A stretch of 64,000 nt of DNA from Octopus vulgaris (Eukaryota). Below, in pieces: positions 1-11,490 of the stretch. Position numbers and translations under genes: made by a program. The notes beneath the pieces are model-generated. The model was not told the DNA's origin. It did no database searches and saw only the letters and a program-made list of their open reading frames with translations. Location: positions 74,338,001-74,402,000 of the forward strand of contig OX597818.1 in the NCBI GenBank assembly GCA_951406725.2. The letters run 5' to 3'. Position 1 is the stretch's first letter. Every line of letters begins with the position of its first letter.

Positions 1-64
1 TATACTGACATAGAAGTTTATATATATATATATATATATGAATATATATATGTATATATATATG

Positions 65-109
<45 letters not shown>

Positions 110-117
110 TATATATA

Positions 118-183
<66 letters not shown>

Positions 184-288
184 GGATAATTCACGAATGG
201 AACAAAAGACGAAGACAGGTGGTGTAGAAAAGAAACAGATGTATTAGTGTAACGCTTGGAAATTGAAAAAGTCTTTAACATTTCGAGC

Positions 289-334
<46 letters not shown>

Positions 335-873
335 AAAAGTGATAAGAAACGAATGAGACATTCTCGATATTAGATAAATAGGGAATTATTTATATATATA
401 TATATGATAATAAAGAAAAAACATTAAGTTGTCATTACAGTACTCGGAGTTTCGAATGTCGGATCAAAGAGCTACGATGCACTTTTGTCGGCTGTTAATA
501 GCAGTAGACACCAATGAAAAACCGTTGATTAAAAGTGAAGTGAATCTAATAGGTAGGAAAAGAAAAATGAAAAAAGATGAAAATATAGGCAAACATATTC
601 TCACAATACATATACATTTAACCACCCGTATTCATAGCGTCTATATACGTATCCACTCACACAAACATGTATACGTATATGCACATAAATACACAAACAT
701 ATATGTGCATGTACATACTCATTCATACACACATATCCACGCACACATGTATATATATATGTATACCTGAACGCAAATTCAACCTCATATATAAATATAG
801 GTGTTTGCATGCATACACAAATCATAATACATATAATACATATATATACAGACATACATTCACATTCCCGCAT

Positions 874-1006
<133 letters not shown>

Positions 1007-1054
1007 CCACGTCCTCGCGTTGCTGTGTTTTTTTTATGCTTTCATGTTTGGATT

Positions 1055-1143
<89 letters not shown>

Positions 1144-1368
1144 CATCCTCGTAGAAAACTGATGAAAATACACGAGCGACGGGGTCAGATTCACAGTTAA
1201 TGAAGATAATTACGAAATTAATACGCCTTTTATATGCTTTCACATTTACATAGATATACGTAGGTGAGAACATCAATTAATTCAGCTCAACTGATGCTTA
1301 TTAATCCGTCTAACTATAAGTACATATCATACTACATACATGTACAAACACACACATATGTGTGTATG

Positions 1369-1432
<64 letters not shown>

Positions 1433-1462
1433 CATAGATGCATATATATATATATTTATATA

Positions 1463-1526
<64 letters not shown>

Positions 1527-1563
1527 AGAGAGATACATAGATGCATATATATATATTTATATA

Positions 1564-1604
<41 letters not shown>

Positions 1605-1855
1605 TGACATCTATATTGGTATATCATAGATAATATCTCATTTATTCATTTTGTTACTACTGACGCTATATCACGTTTGTGACGCTATGCATTTATGTAT
1701 GCATGTATGTATATATATATATACATACATAACATATACCTATACATAACATTTTTTTTTAAATATGCTATGTCTTATGAATTTTATTTATGCACGCCAA
1801 CCACTAGTAATATATCAATTTGATTTATTACCCCGTATTTACGATAGTTTTATAT

Positions 1856-1930
<75 letters not shown>

Positions 1931-3504
1931 ATATATATATATATATAGGTTTGTGTTTGTATATATGTATGTATATATGTATGGTAGAAATTCTTTCTTT
2001 CGCTATATTTTTTCACCAATTACCAATATGATACATTTGTACAGGACATTGGGACAGCTCTTTATTCATCTACTAACTATTTGGTCTGATGAGCTGTTTT
2101 CCCGATCCATCATAAATATATATGAGGAAAAGACTTACACACACACACACACACTCTCTCTCTCTCTCTCACGCACACACACATACACCCTCACACACAC
2201 ACACATACACCCTCACACACACACAAATATATAATTTTTTCACAATGACCAACAATTTCTGTTGCCCAATACTGCATGCTATACAACTAAAAACTAATAT
2301 AATTATTCTATCATAATTCTCTATTTGTATCATGATTATCTCTATTGTAACGTCCATCTACGAAACAAAAATTTGAGATTAATATTAATAAACATGCTCG
2401 CTGTGTACTCACAATATATATTAACTAAGATAGATGTTGCAAATTAAAAATGTCTTTATATTGCATTCCATTTTGTCTTATTGCATTACACTGAAATATA
2501 CTGTCTATAGACCATGAACTGCATTGATGCTAGAAAATTAACTTAATGTTGTTTAAACATCTCATATACATAATAAAAACATATTACAATACATATTCCA
2601 TCGTACATACTTGTCGAACTTGTAAAGGAAATATACACATACATTGAAGTATATAAGTGTGTACGAATGTATATGTATTTATGCATGTATAAATTCATGT
2701 ATCAAAATATGTTGCATATACGCATGCATGTATATGATTTTTACGCAATTTCATCATTTTATATTTGATAGAACTATATATATTAAACATCATTCTTGCA
2801 CAGGTTATCGCGTTGTTGGTCACGAAACCAGAAATATAAAAACAACTTTAAATTTAATTTATACTTACATCACCAAATTATTCAAATTAGTTGTCAATAT
2901 AGTATTACTTGATTCACTACATTGTTGCTGCAGACAGTATTATGTAAATTAATAACTGTGCTATGTCCGAGTTTGTATACACCATCAAAATTCATTAGTT
3001 ACTAATATTTATATGTAAGAGCAAATGATGGGAAGGAAACAAAAATGCAGCACAACGCCTTTCTTCAAAAAGGGGCATAAGAACCTTCCATAGTAACATC
3101 AAGCATAATTAGCTCAATTTAATGCTTTTCAATCTTTTTTCGTTTTATTTTAGAATGACTAATATGAATAATAGTGCGATCGATTTCTTCGGCTACAGTT
3201 CTTAAATGAGGTGTCTCAGTATGACCGCAGTCTTGTAGCTGAAACAAGTAAATGATAAAAGATTTGCGTTAATTCATCACCGATAAATTTCTCTAATATT
3301 TTCTTTCTGTGTTTAATAAAAATTTAAGTAGCATTTAGTAACTTATTATATTGACTCCAAGCTTTGTGTCAAAGGATCGTTCGCCGGAAGAACTGCTTGA
3401 CACACGAGTTTCTCAAAAAATCAGGTGCGTCCCGCATTAGCCCGGGACCCAGCAATTCCTTGTGGTTGTATTCAGTAGACGGTGCCATATTTTTGTAGTG
3501 ATGA

Positions 3505-3850
3505 TTGGTACATTTTAAGTTCTAGGTAACCTATTACGAGGTTCGCAATCACTGACGCCGTTCCAGTTCCCACTGCAATTCCATATTCTGTCGATAGCAG
3601 ACTGTATCGAATATGAAAAAGTTGTTCAGTAAGATGAATTTCAGTTCTGCGATTATGAATCTGTGGTTGCTGTGTCCTGGGATCAATTCTGGCTATTTTT
3701 CTTGCAAGGTGATTGCTTTTTTCCTATAATCGTGTGGGATATTGCTGTACAGGTTCACCACATCGAATGATGCTAACATGGTTACTTCATTTATTGTCTT
3801 CGGGAGGTGGTCAAGCAAGTCTAAGTCATCCCTGATGAATCTTTAAACAA
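3505..3850 (-). pseudogene. Degraded PLE RT fragment
   Basis: Minus translation FIRDDLDLLDHLPKTINEVTMLASFDVVNLYSNIPH...LKFILLNNFFIF...GIAVGTGTASVIANLVIGYLELKMY aligns with the 57-59 kb ORF; contains stops/frameshifts. Confidence 0.9.
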
Positions 3851-4186
3851 GGTGAAATATTTAAGATTAATTCAAATTTCACCTGTAACTCGGAAAACCT
3901 AATTTATGACATTACCTGTTTAGAGTGCGGTAATCAATATATTGGACAAACAGGAATATCACTCCTTCAAAGAACCATTCTTTACAAAGAATAAATCCGC
4001 CACCCACAATGCAGACATATACATGTCAGTGAACACATAGAAAGGCGTGCTAGGAACCTTAATCCTAATTTACTAATGTTCCCCTTCTATCAATGTTCGC
4101 AGAACACCTCAGTACAGCAAAGAATGAATAAAGAAGGAACTTCCATCAATAAACATCATCCACAACTTAACATGAACAAAACATAA
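3843..4186 (+). pseudogene. Degraded PLE GIY-YIG endonuclease C-terminus (inverted relative to adjacent RT)
   Basis: FKQGEIFKINSNFTCNSENLIYDITCLECGNQYIGQTG...SEHIE...FPFYQC...MNKE...PQLN*, with one in-frame stop. Confidence 0.9.
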
Positions 4187-4723
4187 TACAGAACACTACT
4201 AAACTTACCAATAATACCACTAACCCCATACATTCCATACACCATTCATATTACAATATTATATCGACTCTAATTGCACCACGTCCAGAAAACTACTCAC
4301 TACCCTTACACATAATGTTTTTACACAGGGACTAGTAGATCCGATACCGTTTGGTAATCGGTGCTCATTCAAAATCAGTGAACAGCAATGACGATACCGG
4401 TATGACTTTGAATCTCTTTAACAATTCGAAATAGTAACTTTTATTCCCCTTAATTCTACCTCAATTCATCTAATTGTATATATTTGTCGCTACTTTTCAT
4501 TAAAAATGCCTTTATTTTTTATATTCAATATATATTTTCGCTTTTCTTCTTACTTTCCCCATATATGCATATATATATATATATATATAAACTTTTTATA
4601 AAACTGTGCATCATTAGGAAGCATTTTTGAGTCTGCTTATAATTTGACTTTAAATTTCATGGAACTCACTCCTAATACTTCATGAGGATAGTCACACTCT
4701 TTAGGATGTCTGGAAAAATATAT

Positions 4724-4820
4724 GTGATTTAGCTGATGAATACTGGACATTTGTATTTGCTGCAATACTTGCAGCTTTAAATTAAATTGTTCTTGGTATG
4801 AAACAATTGTACTAAACTAC
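4724..4820 (+). ncRNA. Type-I hammerhead ribozyme in PLE 3' UTR (large stem-II insertion)
   Basis: gtgatttag-CTGATGA-atact...ggtat-GAAA-CAATTG-TA-ctaaactac. Canonical core, stem I tttag/ctaaa, palindromic stem III ACAATTGT. Confidence 0.8.
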
Positions 4821-4856
4821 TAATCCATTCTTGTTGCTTTTTTCTTAGTTATATAC

Positions 4857-4905
<49 letters not shown>

Positions 4906-5390
4906 CCTTTAGGTGTAGCTTCAACGTCATTACTGTGATACTTTGTTTACGTCCCGTAACATAGAAGTTCTTATAAAGAGATCAATAGAACCTGTACGAG
5001 ACTTAAAAGTACGTACTGGAATCGATTCCAGCCACAGTAATGGCTGCAGTTCAATTACTTAAGCATGCAAACCGTTTTTAAAAAATAACCACAAAAAAAA
5101 ATCATTACAGTACCACCAAACAAAATAAGAGTAGAAAAGATGTAGATGTAAAGGAGGGAGATACGTTTTTATATTATCTGTATATCTTTATAAATCTCTG
5201 AACGAGGTATAAACGGTAACTGTACGACAATGTGAAGTATATTTGCCATCTAAATACTGCTAACCTCTAAGGGTGGATGTTACTGTAGCTTGCAGCCCCA
5301 GGAGAACAGCTTCTCCATCTGGCTATTGACACACTTTCTGTGCCCTATCGGCATTTGCAAAGGGAGGCCATCCTTCTCTCGTCAACCAAA

Positions 5391-5449
5391 GTGATATGCA
5401 CGGACTGCAGTTTCTGGGTATTGACCCGTCATCAGCGCACAACAATCAC
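5391..5449 (-). ncRNA. Type-I hammerhead ribozyme
   Basis: Minus strand: gugau-ugu-ugugcg-CUGAUGA-cGGGU caau ACCCa-GAAA-CUGCAG-UC-cgugca-u-aucac. Canonical core, GUC triplet, palindromic stem III, stem I with an internal loop. Confidence 0.88.
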
Positions 5450-5607
5450 TGATTTTCGATGGAAGGTTCCCAATGCAAATACATATATCCTTTTTCCAGT
5501 GACTTTTCGCCACTGATCTTGAAAAAGTGTAAACAAACAATAATAAATCTCTGAACGAGGTATAGACAGTAACTGCACGACAATGTGAAGTATATTTGCC
5601 ATCTAAA

Positions 5608-5838
5608 GGCGGCGAGCTGGCAGAAACGTTAGCACACCGGGCGAAATGCGTTGCCGTATTTCGTCTGCCGTTACTTTCCGAGTTCAAATTCCGCCGAGGT
5701 CGACTTTGCCTTTCATCCTTCCGGGGTCGATAAATTAAGTACCAGTTACGTACTGGGGTCGATGTAATCGACTTAATCTCTTTGTCTGTCCTTGTTTGTC
5801 TCCTCTGTGTTTAGCCCCTTGTGGGTAGTAAAGAAATA
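5608..5838 (+). mobile_element. tRNA-derived SINE (family A, Nin/Deu-like core), full length with 17-bp TSD
   Basis: Head ggcggcgagctggcagaa, B box gagttcaaattcc, core gtcgactttgcctttcatccttccggggtcgataaattaagtaccag. TSD tatatttgccatctaaa at 5591-5607 and 5839-5855. Confidence 0.88.
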
Positions 5839-6164
5839 TATATTTGCCATCTAAATATGGCTAACCACTAAGCGTGGATGTTACTGTAGCTTGTAGCCCC
5901 AGGAGAACATCTTCTCCAGCTGGCTATTGACACACTTTCTGTGCCCTATCGGTATTTGCTAAAGGGAGGTCATCCTGCCCTCGTCAACCTAAGTGTATAT
6001 CTTTATATTATCTGTATATCTTACAATGACTCTCTGCCTTGAAATCTATTGCTTATACATTAGAGCAGGCAAAAATGAAGATTCTATGCCTTGCCCGTGT
6101 CGTACGTCTTCAAGGCTCTTCCGTTCTGCAGTGAAAGCTTTTAATAAAAGTTAGGGTATAAATA

Positions 6165-6251
6165 ATGATAGCAGCAACGATAGCAGCAACAGCGGCAGCA
6201 GCAACGACAGCAGCAGCAGCCTTGACAGTATCAGCAGCAGTAGTAGTAGTT

Positions 6252-6318
<67 letters not shown>

Positions 6319-6346
6319 CTGCAGTAGCAGCAGCACCAGCAGTGGT
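6165..6346. repeat. (CAG)/(TAG)n trinucleotide microsatellite
   Basis: Visible tandem triplets. Confidence 0.95.
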
Positions 6347-7018
6347 GATTTCCTACAAATGGTTTTCATGCGTAAATTGGAAGAATATCTAACAGATGTG
6401 ATTGAAAATGTCTTTGAACGATGAAGATAAATCTATTTTTAAATTATTCATCAAAATTTTGAATATGTTTCGATGACGTCAAGTGATGTTGGTTAGAGGC
6501 GTCATTTAAAGCATTGAATAACAACTTGGTAACCGTTAGGCATGCAGTGTCCATTTAATACCTAATTAGAAATGTAAGTGGCTATTATTTTATGTTACGT
6601 TATGTATTATCATTGATTTCTCTTTTGGTGCACAATTACTTCATAATTTTCGTGTTTTCCCTTTGTTTAGAGTAGAGGAGACAATTATCTAGTTGCCAGT
6701 TGTCACAATTTAAACACATTATTTATACAGCTTTAAAATAAAATATTTTTCAGTGTTCTTATATAATAAAGAATTCTTCAAAACTAACACACATGTAAAT
6801 GTATTCTTCGTTGGGAATATACGATGCCAAAGGTGAAAAAGAGAAATTCTGTAATTTTCTCAAATAAAAGTTTTCACTGAATGTTAGTCGTGCTACTAAA
6901 TTGATAACATGAATATTGTGCTTTTAGCTACAAAACTAGTGCTAATAATTTTTTTAATTAAAAAAATAGTTTCCTATTGATTCACGGGATTGCGAAAACA
7001 TGATATAACTTGCATCTA

Positions 7019-7227
7019 AATCGGCAAGTTGGTACACTCGTTGATACACTGGATAAAATACTTTACAACATTTCGTCCGTCTTTACCTTCTGAGTTCAGG
7101 TTCTACCGAGGTCGACTTCGCCTTTAAACCTTCCAAGTCGATAAAATAAGTATCAGTTGAACACTGTGTCGATATAATCAACTTATCGTCCCCCAAAATT
7201 GCTGGCCTTGTGCTAAAATTTGAAACC
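7019..7227 (+). mobile_element. SINE family A, diverged
   Basis: ctgagttcagg...gaggtcgacttcgccttt...gtcgataaaataagtatcag similar to the 5608 copy. Confidence 0.75.
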
Positions 7228-7243
7228 AGCATAACTCTCTTAT

Positions 7244-7646
7244 TATTTTACATGTTCCAGTCGTTTGACCGTGGTCATGATGCAGCACCGCCTTTAATCG
7301 AGCAAATCGACCCCAGGACTTATCCTTTGTAAGCCTAGTACTATCGATCTCTTTTGCCGAACCGCTAAGTTACGGGTACGTAAACACACCAGCATCGGTT
7401 GTCAAGCGATGTTGGGGGGACAAAGACAGACACACACATATACACACACATACACACACACACATATATATATACATATATACGACGTGCTTCTTTCAGT
7501 TTCTGTCTTCCAAATACACTTACAAGGCTTTGGTTGGCTCGGGGCTATAGTAGAAGACACTTGTCCAAGGTGCCACGCAGTGGGGCTGTACCCGGAACCA
7601 TGTGATTCGTAAGCATACTGCTTACCACACAGCCACTCCTACACCT
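7244..7646 (-). mobile_element. tRNA-derived SINE family B with internal (CA)/(TA) tract
   Basis: Minus-strand head ggtgtaggagtggctgtgtggtaag...ttccgggtacagccccac; colinear with 30300-30768 and 53890-54268. Confidence 0.85.
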
Positions 7647-8640
7647 ATAACTTACATTTTTGCGGGGAATTTAGACAGCTTTATTTGTATGCTTTATCCA
7701 AAGGGTGATTGGAGCAACGTGTCTCGACAGTATGTGTAATTTTTCTGCATTAAGAGGTCATAATCCAGTTTTTAAAATTCGATTAAAATGTCCCAGGAAA
7801 GTATCGCAAGACTAATTCTTCAATCTGAGAATGTCGGCAGAAGACCTATGGTTAAACACAGAATAAAATAGTTTGGTAATAATTATGGTCTCAGTTGATC
7901 ACGCTTTGGAATCCAGCTCGAAATTGTAATGACAGTTGTCTCTGATAGGTTCTAATAAAAGAGATACTTAAGGACACTACCCCGACGACTCCTCACAGGA
8001 ATATATGGTGACGAAAATAAAAAGATGAACATCGAAGTTGATTGTTCTATTAGTGGATTAAGGCAGCAGGACGAATCTTGTGTATTTGAGGTTGAAGACT
8101 TTGTATATAAACTTCATATATATTCAAATGAGAAGCCAAAGATCTTTTGAAATTTTATATGTATTTCAAATACGTTATCTTCGTCATTTATTTATTGGAA
8201 TTAAAAAAATCTCGACACTACTTACAAATATGAAACAATGAACTAGTGCCATTGCCTATCTTAAGCTGTTATCGAAAAACATTCCCCTTCTGAACTAAAA
8301 GGTAACGTCTTCTATACAACAGTTCTCTTTGGCAAGAATCACTAAAACCTTCAAGAGTTATTGTTAATTTACAAATGTAACATTTAGATAAAACTTTTCA
8401 GTATTTAAAATGTTATAAAGCAAATTTGAGCGGCAACCTAGATTAGACATTTTGTAAACAGAAAATATACTAGGGTACGTGAACAACGATGAGTTATATG
8501 AGATTGCACAAAATTGTGACAGCAATTTACAGAAACAAAATTTCTGAAGTGATAAACCTAAGGTCACCTATGATTTTAAATTTGATGAATGAAGAGTAAT
8601 CAGGTAAACTAAGAGGTTTACTATAATAAATGTAGTGAAA

Positions 8641-8830
8641 ATGCGAAGAGCTATTAGAAATGTTAGCACCCCGGACGAAACGCTTAGAGGTGTTTCGCCT
8701 GACTTTACGTTCTGAGTTCAAATTCCGCCGAGGTCCACTTTGGTGTTCATCTTTTCGAGTTGATAAATTAAGTGCCAGTTGCGTACTGGCATCTATCTAA
8801 TCGACTTCCCCCTCCCAAAAGAATATTAGA
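8641..8830 (+). mobile_element. SINE family A
   Basis: gttctgagttcaaattccgccgaggtc...gataaattaagtgccag. Confidence 0.8.
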
Positions 8831-9022
8831 AAATTTTTAAAAAAAATTTTTTATCATATAATGACATAATTTAAAAGAAAGACTAGTTTCGCGTGTAGCT
8901 TTTAAAATTTCTTGTGATGTTATGTTTATGTTGAATAGAGTTATCGTTATGCTTACGTTCAGGAGAGTTCTAAATAAGGGAAGGTAGTGAGTGATTTCTT
9001 CCGGTGTAAGGGAGATAATCGC

Positions 9023-9691
9023 TTAAAATTGTTTTCCTTTCCCTTGGTGTGGATTTCTCTGTATCAGTATGTTCGGATGGTTGAGTCTGGGCTTGTACTT
9101 TTCAATGAAGAATGTTTCCTTGTTTAGTCTAATTTGTGTTGATGAACCGAAAGCACATTGGTAAAATGGAAAGATTAAAAATAGTGGTAGTAGTTGCTTT
9201 GCACATTTCTCAATGTGCTCACTAAAAGGTATCATTCTATATTCTGGGAATGCAATCTGTTGTCGATGCAGTGTGCATCTACGTCTCAGTGATAGTCCCG
9301 TGGAACCCACGTAGTCTTGGTGGCAGCCCGAGCATTTTATGACATAAATTATATTTTCAGAGACACAAGTAAAGTTAGATTTGATCTTGAATTTCTGTCC
9401 CTCTTTAAAGAGGAATTCTGATCCTTCTAGCAGGTTAGGACATGTTGCACAGTTCGATCTACCACATTTTTTTACTTTTGCATCCGTAATTTCAGAAGAC
9501 AATTGTGCCTTTGTGAGAATCTTTTTAAGTGATTTAGGCTGTTTGTAGCTTTTAATGATTTGGTGTATGTTTAGAATTTCCTTTAATTTGGGGTCTTTAT
9601 GAAGTATTGGTAAATTCTGGGTGATGATGGTGAAGGCTTCTTTGTTTCTGGGGTTGTATGTAGATATGTAAGTAGTATTTTCGGGGAACAC
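9023..9691 (-). pseudogene. 5'-truncated Neptune-type PLE (linker + GIY-YIG)
   Basis: YISTYNP...KKCGRSNCATC...SNFTCVSENIIYVIKCSGCHQDYVGST...HRQQI...FSEHIEKC...KETFFIEKYKPRLN is homologous to the C-terminus of the 57 kb ORF. Confidence 0.92.
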
Positions 9692-11167
9692 ACCTTCCCC
9701 GAAAATACTACCTTATGCCGCGTACTATCACAGCCTATCTCTTTGCCCCATTCTTGATCTTCGGCATAGACTGATACCACCTTCCTAAATATAGTTAAAT
9801 TTTTCTTTACATCAAACAAATTTTGCATCTTTCATGTTCTCCTTCGAAAGCATAGAAACTCTCCGCTTTCTTAAAAGGTAATTTTTCAAGGGAGCATCAG
9901 AAGAATATAGTAGAACATAACTGTCCCACATTGTTTTTCTGACAGTTAACTAGTATTAATCTTTTTTGTTTGTTTCTTCAATTCACTATCTCTTCAGATA
10001 TATACATTTATAGGTCACACTGGTGGTGGCGATGACGATGACACTGTTGGCTTTTTGTTCACGTAAGGGATCTCAAAATTGACTACTCTCATTCATCATT
10101 GACGACAGTGTCTATTTATTAATTGCTGTAACTATTAACAGACAAAACAGAGAGGGGATACACAGTTTGTCCATAACCGATCTGTCTTGTCACTAAATTT
10201 GTACGGATCTTTTTAAAACGTATTTTTAAAAAGAATATAGCCGAAATTTCTGGAACGTACATGCCCAACAACTACACTGATAAGATATAGCAATGACCTT
10301 TTGTTCGACGCCCCTTCCATTCCAACAAGAAGCAGTAATTTCCAAGGTAAAAATTGGCAAGTCCAAACGAATTTGGAAGATGAAAACCTTGCCAATGATG
10401 TTCCAAAGTGATTATTATAACACGAACAGCGATAACAACATTAATAACAATATTACTGAAGGAAATATATTTTTTAAAAAAACGCGTTTCATTGGTTTAC
10501 AAAATTTATTAATTGATTATTTACCAAGAATATAAATTTTGGCTTCTTCAAATACTATTCTAACACGAACAATAAGAAGGAAAAAAAACTATAACACAAT
10601 TGGAAAATGCATGAAGAACTCGTACAATGCTTGCATCGAAACATGAAATTAGAAAACACACATCTATGACATAAACAACATATAAAGAAATATTTTTCTA
10701 AAAAATCACCTTAGCAAATATACTTTTCCACGCTGTGTTTCTTTCATTTGTATTAATTTTATTCATATTATTTAATTCTGTTGTGTATTGCAATTTTGGC
10801 CAATAGTTAATTTGGCAATAAGAGACCATATCAACGCTGTCCCAAAAGTCTGATTATTGATCTGATTCTTTAGGAAAATGTGCTAAATTTGCTTTCATTA
10901 GAAAGAAAGTTTTCTTTCATCACTGAAGCAGAAATCGATGAGAAAATTATAATGAAAAGCGTTTAAGAAAAAAATGAAAGATTTCTCATCGATTTTGGCG
11001 TGGAACTTTGTCATGATTGCTTTTCCTGCAATTCGAATGAAAGGCGTCCATTAGACTAAATGGAAAAAAAAGAAAATTGAAAATGTGGAAACGAAAAAAT
11101 AAAAAAAAACAAGAAACAAAGAAATAAAATGACCGAAACAGCATCATTATAATATAAAACCATACAC

Positions 11168-11168
<1 letters not shown>

Positions 11169-11241
<73 letters not shown>

Positions 11242-11242
11242 C

Positions 11243-11273
<31 letters not shown>

Positions 11274-11343
11274 TAATAATAATAATAATATTAATAATAA
11301 TAATAATAATAATAACAACAACAACAACAACAATAATTATAAT
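11169..11343. repeat. (AAT)n microsatellite
   Basis: Visible. Confidence 0.95.
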
Positions 11344-11363
11344 GATTTTTTTTTATTTCACAG

Positions 11364-11490
11364 CAGATCCCATTCATACATATGGTGTCGTACTATGAAA
11401 AGATGTTGAAATCACGAGTTCATACAACATTATATAAGAAGGAGATCAAGGACAATGTTATTACACATTATATTGATATATATTAATAAA
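11364..11490 (+). other. Candidate terminal exon of an unidentified host gene
   Basis: Pyrimidine tract + acceptor tttttttttatttcacag|cag, non-repetitive sequence, then AATAAA at 11485-11490. No upstream exon was identified. Confidence 0.2.

Larger units (their letters stand above)
5190..6001 (-). mobile_element. Retrozyme-like non-autonomous element: ~1.6 tandem copies of a 353-bp unit with a hammerhead, 21-bp TSD
   Basis: 5190-5393 is repeated at 5543-5995 (second copy split by a SINE). tttatattatctgtatatctt occurs at 5168-5188 and 6002-6022. Hammerhead at 5391-5449. No ORF. Confidence 0.8.

Noticed and set aside
2086-2130. Isolated CTGANGA boxes (1159, 2086, 16551, 26643, 29767 minus, 32338 minus, 42823 minus)
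   Set aside because: No convincing stem II/GAAA/stem III/stem I arrangement, unlike the accepted hammerheads.
5608-5700. tRNA-like A/B boxes (also 50873-50940 and the family B heads)
   Set aside because: SINE heads continuing into repeat bodies; no complete cloverleaf, so not tRNA genes.
5190-6001. Interpretation as a TRIM/LTR mini-element
   Set aside because: The repeats lack TG...CA ends, PBS and PPT, the TSD is 21 bp rather than 4-6 bp, and the spacer holds a hammerhead.
6151-6392. Poly-L/poly-V/poly-T ORFs (also 19870-20179, 40848-41571, 48436-48723)
   Set aside because: Trinucleotide microsatellites.
9716-10420. Complex sequence beyond the 9 kb PLE junction
   Set aside because: No recognisable motif in the frames examined; cannot be assigned.
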